Shown: in pieces, positions 38,494 to 49,509 of the stretch
Position numbering within the stretch: position 1 is the first letter of the stretch
How the letters are laid out: every line of letters begins with the position of its first letter
Source: Microbotryum violaceum
Taxonomy: Eukaryota
Assembly: GCA_001244265.2 (NCBI GenBank)
Contig: CDLV01000011.1
Location: 744,001-808,000, forward strand
Direction: 5' to 3'
DNA length: 64,000 bases
The notes under the pieces: generated by a model
Databases searched by the model: none
What the model saw: the letters and a program-made list of their open reading frames with translations, nothing else
What the model was told of the DNA's origin: nothing
Made by a program: the position numbers and the translations under genes

Positions 38494-41489
38494 ATGCTGT
38501 GGAGGACATGTCGACGCCTACTCCACGTCGTCGGTCCGACTCCATCGACGACGACGTCGAGTCCATCAACTCGAGCAGCCGCAGCATCATCTCCTTGTCG
38601 TTGCCTGGTCCCCTCCCCACGCCTCACCATCGGTCCCTCCTCCCAGCTTTTCTCAACATCCCAGCCCTCGCAAAAGTACGAAAAGAAATCGACGCCACAA
38701 CTCGACAAGCTCGCTCAGAAACGAGCGATCAGGGCCAAGCGTAGTCTCGTGCTCGTCGACAAGGAGAAGAAGCGTAGGGAGCAGGAGATCCAGAGGTTGC
38801 AGGAGAGAGAGCAGAAGAGGGTGCAGGTTGATGTGCGTACTTTTACAACCCGAAAGAGCTCGAGCAAGCGCTGACCTATGCTGTTCATTCTCTCGCCGCG
38901 CCCCCCTCCCTCGACTCTCATCAGGAATGGACCTCCGACCTACCCCCGCTCGAAGAAGCTGAACTCGAATCGATATACCAACAACTCATAACAGCCACAC
39001 CCGGACAACTCTTGCCCCCGCTGGAAACGCGTCCGGCCATCGCAGCTCCCAAGCCACCCCAATTGCTCTTGTATGATCCTTCGAGGGATAGAGCCCAAGG
39101 ATTGCTGAACCTTGCGGAGCGGTTGGAAGCTTTCGACGCCGACGAGGACGTGGACGCGCCCGAAACAGATCACGATCCTGCATCTACCATAATCTCGGAC
39201 TTGGCGGAGAAGCTCAGACGAAAGCGCAGCGAAGTGGGCTTACCGCGAGAACCGGAGGAGAACGCGCGAGAGGGAGCACAGGAGCTCGTGGAGATTCCAA
39301 AATCGGCCCCACAAGTCCTGCTCGATCGACTGGAGTCTTTGTTGCACGTCGGCGAACTCGCTTCCCTCCCGAGCACCGCCATAGATCTCGATCATGTTCA
39401 ACCTTCGATAGGGTTGATACACCAATCGGAATGGACTGATCTGATCATCACTGCCGTGAGTACTCCCTCGAAATCCACATTGAGCAGCCAATTGAATCTA
39501 TGACGAGATCTTTCACAGGCCCAGAGCCAAGACCTAGAAAGCGTCAAGCGTGGATTAATCCTGATGCAACGCATGGCACCTCAACACGACGCACGAGCGA
39601 TGAACGAGTTGATGAGCCTCTTCGCCGTCGAGCGTAGGCCGCGCGATGCCCTCGAACTGGCCAACTTCGCTAAAGAGCGTGAGTCATTCGAGCTCACCTA
39701 CCCCGCAACTAACCCACGAACTGATGATATCCTCCGCACAGGCTCACTGCCATTTTCACTCGAGTCGCACCACCACCTACTCGCCTCCCTTGCCCCCTCC
39801 CACCCCGAGCTCGCAATCCAACATCTCTACTCGCTCGAAGCCTCCAACTACACCCCCTTACTCGCAACATACACACTCCTCATCAACCGACTCCTTTCAC
39901 CCATCTCACCACCCCATCTCATCGCACGAGGATGGGATCTCTACGCCCACTGTCGACTCGTCGCTCACCCCATCCCCGACGTCGATCTTTACAACACCAT
40001 GATCGCCGCTTGTTCGCGAGGCGCTTACCCTTCCCCTGAACGCGCCGTCGACCTCTTCCTCGAGATGACGGAAACGAACTTGATCGCTCCTACACCCACG
40101 ACTTACAATGCCCTCATCCGATCCTGCGCAAGAGAAGGTAGTCAACCATCTTACTTTGAAGCGTTGCGCTACCTCAAAAAGATGTTGGACGTCAACTTGC
40201 TTCCTAACCGAGGGACGTTCCATGCGATTTTGGAGGGGGCGAGGAGACAGGGGGATTTGTTGAGGAGTAGATGGGTGTTGGTTAAGATGGTGCAGATTGG
40301 GGGGGAGTGTAGGCCTAACGCGGATACGTTGGCGCTGGTGTTTAGGAGTTGTAAAGGGTATGAACCAGAGGTCAAGGAGAAGAGAGGGATCGTTATTGGG
40401 GGATCAAAGCGGGCTGCAGTGGCGAGTGAGGAGAAGGGTAAGGAGTCGATTATCATCAGTCCCGACGTTGGACCGAACAAAGGGACCGACGAGACACGCA
40501 AGGTCGACACGCAACCCACCGCAACTGCAGCAGAAGAGCAACCCCTCGAGGACTCGAACGTGATCGAACTCCTTGGCGAATCGTCCCTCTTCTACCCCGG
40601 CCCGATCCCAACAACGCCAGATGAGCTCGTCCTCGAAGCCCAAACCCTGTTGCTCCAAATTGTTGATCCTAGCGTTCTCGGGCTCTCTGCGTCACCTCGA
40701 TCAACACCTTCCTCCTTCCCCGATGTTCGACCCACGGCGTTCCTCCTCAACTCGTATCTTGAACTGCTCACAGCTCATGCTCCCCTCCCAGCCTCGGTCG
40801 ACTTCTTCAACTCGGCCTATGGACCGTCCACAGGCGTCGACAAGAACGGCTATACGTTCGAAGTAATGATCAAGCGATGTGAAACGGCGAAGAAGAGAGA
40901 GGTCGGATTGGAAATGGCGAGGAAGGTGTGGGGGGAATGGAAGCTTTGGTCCGAGGAGGATCAGGAGCGATTAAGTGGGAGGAACATCTCCCTTATGTGG
41001 GGGAGTATGATTCGCGTTTTAGCTAGGTGGGTTTTTTTTCTAACCGGAAAAATTGGTCGTTCGGGTCATGTACTGATATTTTGTGTCGATCACTCCAGAT
41101 CGTTCAAGCACGTCGAGGGTTTAGACCTCTTACAACGTTTCATATCGACCTACCCACCCCTAGCGCTCGTCGCCTCCGCGCGTTCCAGAGCACACCAACG
41201 ACACTCACTCCCTCCCAATCCAAACAAGATCCAACTCTCCTCCCTCCAATTCCCCGAAACGACCCATCCTGCAACGAGGCACGATCTCCCCCCTCATTTG
41301 TTGGCCGAAGATGTCAAGTTGCTGTATTTGAGGTTTAGGAATGTCGAAGATATGGAAGGGCTGAAAAAGATTCAGGGGGTCGTAAAGGCTTATAAGGAGG
41401 CGAGGCAGGAGGCGAAGAGGATTGAGGAGGAGAGGCCGAGGAAGAAGGGGTTGAAGGAGAAAGGGAAGGGGAAAGAGCGGACGCAGTAG
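38494..41489 (+). CDS. Mitochondrial pentatricopeptide-repeat (PPR) protein
   Basis: Arg/Ser-rich presequence MLWRTCRRLL. PPR motifs PDVDLYNTMIAACSRG, PTPTTYNALIRSCAREG, PNRGTFHAILEGARRQGD, PTAFLLNSYL. Confidence 0.88.
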
Positions 41490-41571
41490 TGCGATAAATC
41501 GAGAGAAGCCAAATTTGATGACGATTTGCCCTTGGAACAGGGCAGAATCAAATTGTTTCCCCAATGCACTC

Positions 41572-42248
41572 TGTAGTATAAACTTGTATGTACTAGACCG
41601 TACTAAACCGTGGTGCCATACTCCCCGGGCCCAGCCCCCCACCTGTCTCAACCCATCTTGTTGGTGAACGTCGGATCGTACTCCTGAATCGACCCCCAAG
41701 TCAGCCTTGAAGAAACGCCTTCCCAAACAGTTTAGCCCAAGTCTCCTGAGCCGCCAAAACCTGTTCCAAATGAGTCACGTCCTTAATAGGGGCCGATAAA
41801 GGCGAGGACTCGGAGGGAAACGTCCACTCGTGACAACATATTTGCTACGCTGGGACCGGGCGTAGAGGATGGGACAAAAACAGGGGTGGGCAAGTCGCCA
41901 TTGGGTGAAACTGGAGGAGACAGTTGTAAGGAGCCCAGATTACTCAGCGGGCAATAAGAGTAAGTAAAGGCGGGTTCCTCGGGAGTACTTGAATAGACAG
42001 CCCCAAGACCAGTCGTTGGTCGGGTGAGGAGAGTGGGGTCCAGTGAAGGATAAGAAAAGAGGAAAAGAAAAAAGAGAGCTACGGATCGCCGGCTGTTTAA
42101 GGAGATCGGGGGATGTGAAAGGGTAAACTCCGAGCCCTAGTAGCTGAGAAGTACTTCTGGGTTTCCACTAAAGACCTGACAACTGCTCCCTTCAGAGCCA
42201 GAGAATGGTGCCCCTTGTTCATGGGGCCCTATAAATGTCTAGACTACA
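41572..42248. mobile_element. Probable solo LTR (~677 bp)
   Basis: TG...CA termini with imperfect inverted ends (TGTAGTATAAAC / GTCTAGACTACA). Flanks ACTC/GCTC are a possible 4-bp TSD with one mismatch. No ORF inside. Confidence 0.55.
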
Positions 42249-43371
42249 GCTCAACTTACGTTCTCGACATCCCGGCTCGCCTACTCTCCGAGTCCCGACG
42301 CATCTCACCGCGCTTCCACGCTTCTCAGCTACAACAACACTGTGATTCAGACGACTCTCTCTGGCCCATGCGCATTTGTTGAAACACAGTGCCTGTCTTC
42401 CTCATTGAGCCTAGAAATGACTATCACTAAAGTCCTGTCACACATCACCGTTATTAGCGTCAACGCGCCAATTCATGATCACAAGTTCCTCGTTGAGGAT
42501 TCCAACACAAAGTTCGAAGTGGTTCATCAAAGAAACCCACGACGACTCCAAAAAAGACACGCCTGCGATTCAAGCGTACCTCAAGAAGCGCCATGACAGC
42601 AAAGCTCGCGACTTGTGGGCCATCAGTGTACGTGATATGCCATTGCGCACCTCGCGCAGATACCACTGCACTGCATGACAGGCACAGACACACATCAAAT
42701 AACAGGAACGCCTCGTAGATAGCAAAATCCGACCTGGGTATGACACTGTGTCTGGCTGCTCTCCTTGCTGACTCATGTCAACAACTTCAATGATAGGCTG
42801 CTTTCCCTTTTCACCGATATCGGACGTCTGGGCGTCCATGCGCGTAGATCTTCGTTGTCCATGGGACTTCTATCGATTGCAATCTTTGAAACTTTTCGGC
42901 GACCAGCGCTTCAAGTTCCCGGGTGCAAGAGGTAGCTAGGCTCGTCACAAATGAAGCGGTAGGAAGGTGGGTCTGTCCTTCTTCTAACAGTTACAGAAGC
43001 TGAATCCGATCGAAGCCATTTGACTGCGGTGGGTCTCTGCACGACGGTAATGTCAGATCATAGACACCGCGTGATGGATTCAACGAGGTGAAGCCAGTTC
43101 TTGGGATCGGGGGACCATTCGCGCACATCCACTGATCTCGTCATAATTGGCAGCACGTGAGAGGTCGGTCTACTACTCGGCCTCGGCGCTACGAAGTGGA
43201 GTGTGGTAGTGAAGGAAAGTTCCCCAGGATCAGCGCTGCGGCACTATCAAATCGGATTGCCTAAAGATTTTCAAAGAAGGTATATCAAAGAGTGACAGTT
43301 ATCAACATGAGAAGAAATTAGGTGTTTGTCATGTGCAGCTTCATGGTCCTTGCCGTGGGCTAAGTTGTGAG

Positions 43372-45370
43372 CTAGGTCCTAGTCGTCCCGTTCGTGCCAC
43401 TGCCGGATCTCAAAGCATAGTCGGGATCGACCCAACCGATGTCCCCATGGAACATGAAGGGGAAAGTGATCCTGCTAGCCTCATTCGAATCCAGGATGTG
43501 CTCCATTTGCTTGACGTCCGTCACAGGCGTATCGAATGGAGTACCAGGGGGAAACGCGGATCGAGCGGCCATACTCCCGCCGGGCCCAAACGAACCGTAT
43601 TCGGCGAAGAAAAGGCTGCCAAGGTTTGGGTTATCCGGTAACCATGGAGCAAAACCACTAGGGGAAATATGGGTGTCCATAAAATTGCTTAGGTAGACCG
43701 TGCGTGACTGGTTACCCCATGGCCGGCCAAGTGAGCTGGGTTGGTGGCAAGACAATCGGCCAGCTCAGCGGTCGGCCCGAAAAGCCGTGTGTCGTTGCAC
43801 TCTCCCAGGGAAGCCAAGCCAACGCTGCCTGATTGACTCACACCCTACCGGTTATATTGTAGGCTAAGTCGATGTCATCCGACTTTAACAACAAGAGCAG
43901 TCAAGTGGTGTCGGATAGAGGAGTTTGTCAGCGATGTCACTGAATGCAGGGAGGCCAGGGTTCGGCCTACCTGGACGAGACGCGAGTTTGCGATGTAACT
44001 GCGACGATGATCATTTTTTGCGGGCTGGTGTGAGCTCGCGCTTCCTTCCGATGGTCTACAGTTCCACAAAATTGACACTTACGCCCCGTTTAAGTCGTTG
44101 TCAGTCACCTTGCTCTTCTTCCATGCCGTGATCGATCCTGATGAGCCGGCTGCGGACCTGCTCGCCAAGGTGCATTCGGAGAAGACGGCAGTACCGGCCC
44201 CTAACATTTTGAGTGCGAATTTAAGCAAATCTAGTCCAAAGAGTATTTCCGTGGTCTTTGGACCGTTAACCCGCCGATACGAGGTACAAAATCGGCTCAC
44301 CGTACAAGAAGTCTACAGTGCCTTTGATCGTCGTGAGCCAGAACAGGGCGTAGGCGCCGTGGCCGATAAAGACCGTATCTTGGAAACCTGATTTGAGCAC
44401 AAAGACGTAAGGAGATATAACCTGATTTGAGCACAAAGACGTAAGGAGATATTATTGGAACCGTAGGGCCGCAGAAGGAAGTGATCAGTGTCGCAGGCCT
44501 TGCGCCTCGCGATGACTCACCAAATATTCCGCAACCATAAAAGGACGCTTTACTGTTGAGGACCGCGAGAGCGAGCGCAACCCCATGCGGTCCGAACCGT
44601 TGATCGAGATCCACATCGTACAGGCGAAAATCGACACAGCCGGTTCGTTTGGGTTTCTCCGGCTCGATTGGCGGCGTGAGAACAATCGCCCGGCGTCGCC
44701 CGCGATAATCCGCCGATGGAGGCTGCGACACATTTTTGTGTCCGGCGTGAGGGGCGATCAAAACGACAGCCGTGTCAATGTTGTGAATAGAGGTAGTTTC
44801 TCCCGTAATTGGGTCTTTAGGTGCGGGAGCCGTTACATTGTGACCCATCGACCAATATATAGTTGCGCGCTGCGTGCACCCAGCTCCATTTTGACCCTGC
44901 GCTCGGACCCGCCGGTTTGCAGTCGTCGACTTCTTTTTAGTTGACTGAGACCCTCATCACGACAGATCAAGAGCGAGACGACGAGAGACTTACGAACATG
45001 TAAAGCGGACCTTGGCCTGTGACGGTGTGATGAACGCCAGGATTAGATCAGCGGTCTGTCGAGGCGCGTTCTGATTGTCTCACTTACGAGTGATGATGAG
45101 CTGCTCTTCATACTCGCCTCCCCCGACGAGAATGGTCTGGGGCGACATGTCGTCCGGCAAGCTATTCAGTGCGGCTTGAATGGAGAAGAACGAGGCCGCC
45201 GAATCCGTGGCAGAGACGAAAATCGTTCCAGGTGGACAGTTTGCGGCATCGAATGGGCGATCGCAGGCCTGGCATCGGATCCGCAGCTCGCTCGGCGAGA
45301 GCGACTCGGCGACGACGGCTCTCGTGAACAGGAGCAAGTCGGCGCAGACTACGAAGGAAACCAACTTCAT
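43372..45370 (-). CDS. Secreted pectin methylesterase (CE8, PmeB-like), copy 1; divergent, with a duplicated splice acceptor
   Basis: Signal peptide MKLVSFVVCADLLLFTRAVVA, CPPGTIFVS, SIQAALNSLP, GEYEEQL, GFQDTVFIG, TVDFLYG, SITAWK, LGRPW, FAEYGSFGPG. Confidence 0.85.
44385..44452. repeat. Perfect 34-bp tandem duplication (AACCTGATTTGAGCACAAAGACGTAAGGAGATAT)x2 spanning a 3' splice site
   Basis: Read directly; on the minus strand each unit ends ...CAAATCAG|GTT. Confidence 0.92.
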
Positions 45371-45702
45371 GCTCGATACCGGCTTCTAGGGTTCGAGGCT
45401 GAAGACTGATGCGGTCAACGGAGTGAAGAGAGTAGGTAGGGTACATGTATAAAGCTGGAAACAGGAGTCGAAAGGGAAACTGGGAGTGGGACGTGGGTGC
45501 GTGCACACCACTTGCACACCAGTGCTCCGTAGGTGGCGATGCTCCGAACCTGTATGTCAGACACCTACGTGACATACACCTCAGCACATGCCTGACCTGA
45601 GCGCGCGCACTCCTTACCATGTGGAACTTGTGTGGGCTCTCTGAGCATCGGAAGTTGGACGTAAGCTTGCGAGGCGGTGAAGGGGGGGGGGGGCGGGAGG
45701 GG

Positions 45703-46068
45703 TGAGACAAAGTCAGGTACAGGAACTAGAAGGAAAGGGGGTTCAGAGCGGCACGAGACCCGGCCCGGACAGGTGACCTCTCGCAACCGGCGGCTACAGT
45801 GGGTACTTTGAACGTCAAAAGCTCCCTGTACTCCCTGTAGCATAGGTGGATAAAGACGCCTCGACTCTCTAGCACAGATACCTACCATACTCAGCGAGGG
45901 CTGTGTAAGGGTTTGGGTCGCGAGAACTGCTACAATCGACTGTTGACGTGTTCGGTTCGTTTCAGGTTGATCTCGTCTAAGTCGTCTAAGTTCTCTAATA
46001 AAGGAAAGAAGACTATCCAAAGGTACTGTGACAAATCTGTTCAAACGAGAGGAGAGCAAGTTGTCTCA
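45703..46068 (+). mobile_element. LTR relic (~366 bp) preceded by a polypurine tract; probable 3' LTR of a truncated retrotransposon
   Basis: Perfect 8-bp inverted termini TGAGACAA...TTGTCTCA, internal AATAAA near 45996, and a G/A-rich tract abutting the TG. No TSD. Confidence 0.6.
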
Positions 46069-46236
46069 GTTGTGTGCAAGGCCCGTGGGAGGGGCGCACC
46101 CATCACAGGCTGTGTCGACTTCGTTTTCCGTGAGTTTTGTGCGATGCTTTGAGCACCGCTTCGCAGGGAGCTGGTTACCCTAACTAGTAAAAAAAAAGTG
46201 TGAGTTAAGGAATGTACCTAAAATCGCTGTTTTTAA

Positions 46237-48770
46237 CTAGGTTGCGGCCCTCCGGGCCGCCTGTGGTGGATGTACCAGCATACTGTTGTGTCTGCCGCAC
46301 CTGCCTGTGGTGTCCATGTTCCGATCAGAAGTCATGTACAAGCGCTGTGGTGACTTTTGTATTTTCCGCGCCGTTCCAACGAAGCTACAGCGCTCCCAGT
46401 ATTTTCCTTCATTTTTTCGCTCACATAAAACAATGCTTCCACTCATATTGCATTTAATGAACCGCAAGCGCGTGGCTTGCATGATACTGCTTCTACAGCA
46501 GAGCTCTGCCTGACGTGCGAGGCGAGGGCCGGCGTTTGTCACGTGATGCGGTGCGTCGGCGGTGTCAGTGTCATTCCGGCAGTCGACCAGCGGCATTAGG
46601 GGCTGAACAACCAATTTGCCCGTATGGCATTCGACCAGCGGCATTAGGGGCTGAACAACAAATCAAACCACGTAAATAATCCTGCGCCACTCCCTCCAAC
46701 CTTTCCTTTCTCCCTCCCACTCTCATCCAATTTTAGTGACACTCATTCAAGAACAAACCCTCGCTGCTATGTCCCGGTCCCAAGGTCGCCAGGGACTCAG
46801 GGAGGGCCATCGCAACCTCGCCAAGTCTTGGGCGCGAGGGTAGCGCCGTACCATGGGCTACCATGGGCCTGCTCGAGCGCTCGCTGCTGGGCGCCCCGCG
46901 GCTCGACCCTCCTCTTCGTCCCGCTCCGATCAACAGAATCAGCCCCCGCGCGTCATGACAACAATGCAACCGATCTTGGCATTGCGACACGTATACGAGC
47001 CCGCCGTGCAGCTGTGCAGAACGGACAGCGTGGTCAGCGCGATGGCCAACTCGACGCTGGGCTCGCCCCACCACCACCTCCTCCGCAAAGGCGAGTGCGC
47101 CGGGCTCGAATCGCGCTCAACCCCCTCAAGCCCCACGTTTCGATCCGCGACGACCTCGGCCCGCAGACGGCCGTGTGCACCCACTGCAAGGCTCGGCACT
47201 GGGAGTGCGAAAGGTCCAAGTCGACCAGACACTTCGGCGCGTGCTGCTCGCAGGGCAAGGTGCGGCTACCTCCCCCTCCCCAGCCCAATCTCGAGTATCG
47301 GCAGCTTCTTCAAGGCTCGGATAGCGGTCAGTTGCTCCGTCCAACAACGTTCGTCTGCAGTAGACCCACATGCTGAATTGTTCTACCCACCCACACATAA
47401 GCGGTTGCATTCCGCGAGAATGCCCGGTCGTACAACAACGCGTTGTCGTTCACTTCGCTCGCTGCCCTCTGGGACCAAACTCAAGTGGGCACGCTAGGAC
47501 CCCCGTGTTTCGCGTGTTTGGTCGCCTCTACCATCGACTCGGCGCCCTGATCCCTGCCGTGACTCAACGCCCAACCTTTGCTCAAACATGGCTGATCGAC
47601 CCGGCCGAGGCCACCGACACTCGACTTGGACCCGACGGCGCAGACAGTCGCATGCAACGATCTACTTTGACCAAGCTTGAGTCCATTCTGCGCACCGGCA
47701 ATCGCTTTGTGAGGGAGTTCGCATCGGCCAAAGCTCGCGCAGGTTGGGATACGGCCAAAGAGTGGATCCTGCGCCTCTGCCTCCCGCCAGGCCGGGACCG
47801 ACGTACCCACAACCTTCCTACGTCAAGCACGGAAATGGCGATGCTTATCTGCGATTCCGACACCAACATGGGAGATCGTGGACCTCAAGACCGTATTCTC
47901 CAGGTGCACGGTGATCGATGTCCCGATGGTCGGCCCCAAGTACCAAGTCATCAGCTCGCTCCATCCGTCTGCGTTGCCTCTCCGGTAGCCACTACTATTT
48001 CCTGCAGGGGAAGATGGCTTCCACCCCAACATTTCTCTTTGCGGGTTTCGCCAAGCTGGGCTGCCAATCACCAGAAACCGAGAGCAGATCGACAATGGTG
48101 TCCAACCGCGCGAGGTACTTGCGGGTCTCAGTCTTGATGACGGAGGCGAAGAGGAGGACGAAGACCGCGACGATGAGGATGAAGACGGCGAGGAAGGGGA
48201 CGAAGAGGATGGTGATGGCGAACGTACGCTTCTTCAGCTCTTTCTCTGATGTTCCATTCTGTCTAAGGCGCAAGCACAGACTGACATTGAACTTTTTGAA
48301 CACCTAGGACGAAGGTCAAGTAAAGGGGTCGAGGTGGCGAGTCTCGCGTTCACCATTCTTTGTGCACTACTTGCCAAACGCGACGAGTACTTCTCAATCC
48401 CGCTTTGCACCCAACGTCCCATCCTGGAGTTTGTGATTTACGGATATCCTCCCAAGTCGAGACCGATCGACTCAACACATCCGATTGCATCAAGGGAACC
48501 TACGCCTCACCACGACCCAAGGCATCAACGGCTTGACCCCGAACCAATTCGCGACATCACGCAGCAATACCAGGATGCGATGGCGTGTTGTCAAAGAGGA
48601 AAAGCCTCCGCTGCTGATCACGATGACGTACGACCCCGACTCACCGGAAACCAAGGCTGCACTGGGGCCGATAGCGCATGCAACCGTCCGGATCTCATCG
48701 CACGAGTGTTTGAAGCCAAGTTTGGCAACAAGCGACACGCAGGCTGTTTCGGCGATGAATGTAAGATGAA
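46237..48770 (+). mobile_element. Decayed Helitron (N-terminal Rep region with frameshifts and a stop; helicase part not seen)
   Basis: LGPQTAVCTHCKARHWECE..FGACCSQGKVRL zinc motif, FRENARSYNNALSFTS, VFRVFGRLYHRLG, PTFAQ, RRTHNLPT, HPSALPLR*PLLFPAGEDG, QQYQDAMA, LITMT, RPDLIARVFEAK. Element boundaries uncertain. Confidence 0.88.
46583..46659. repeat. 29-bp direct repeat TCGACCAGCGGCATTAGGGGCTGAACAAC at 46583 and 46631
   Basis: Read directly; upstream of the Helitron ORF. Confidence 0.9.
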
Positions 48771-49411
48771 TAGATTTTGTTTCTTTGCTGTACTTCGGGT
48801 TTAACCTCTGCGCTAATATCATGTAGACTGTTCGATTATCCTGCTATTTTTTGAATTTCATCCTCCGTTAATTTAACGGGTTCCCATTGGTGTACACAAT
48901 TTTAGAGTCTATATATCTCAACCGGTGGAGATTCCTCTTGATCCGATTAAGTCCGAGATCATGGACACACTTGCGGCCCGAGTCAGATGTTTAGCCACCA
49001 CGCATCGACGGCGCATTTCCCTGTGCAGAGGTCTAGTGTAGGGCACCGCCTGCCGTTGCACATGGTTCAACATTCGGTAAAGAAGCATGGCCGAGACAGA
49101 CGAGGCACTCACCCCATGGTGTTCGATTGCACTTGGTCTTCCCGGAGGAAAGAGTGCGGCGGCGCTCGGTATTGCATCCAGTTTCTTGACTTGGGGAGTT
49201 TGCCGTCTTTTTTGAGGTAAATTTTTGGAACCTTACTTGGGGAATGTAGAATATTTGCTGGCTCAGAAGACAGGAATAGTCCTCGAAGAGACGACAATGC
49301 AACATTGCAAGTCGCCGTCCGACGGATTCTCTCTGTGCCGGATTGGTTGAACTCCGACCGAGCTCATAGTTCCGAGACATGAGGCGGCAATGTGGCTGTG
49401 TTGACTGACCA

Positions 49412-49465
49412 ATGCAGTGAGCCAAATATATAAAAATATGCAGTGAGCCAAATATATAAAAATAT
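49412..49465. repeat. 26-bp tandem duplication ATGCAGTGAGCCAAATATATAAAAAT x2 in the 3' flank of PME copy 2
   Basis: Read directly. Confidence 0.9.
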
Positions 49466-49509
49466 AAAAGCATGAACAAGTGAAGCAAAAGGAGATTATG
49501 ATGAGTAAT

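Noticed and set aside
42250-43300. Short ORFs that might be a degraded TE (gag-like) or gene relic
   Set aside because: No diagnostic motif could be recognised; needs tBLASTx or a repeat library.
46583-46659. 29-bp repeat with a 19-bp spacer, superficially CRISPR-like
   Set aside because: Only two units, eukaryotic context and no cas genes; consistent with Helitron subterminal repeats.
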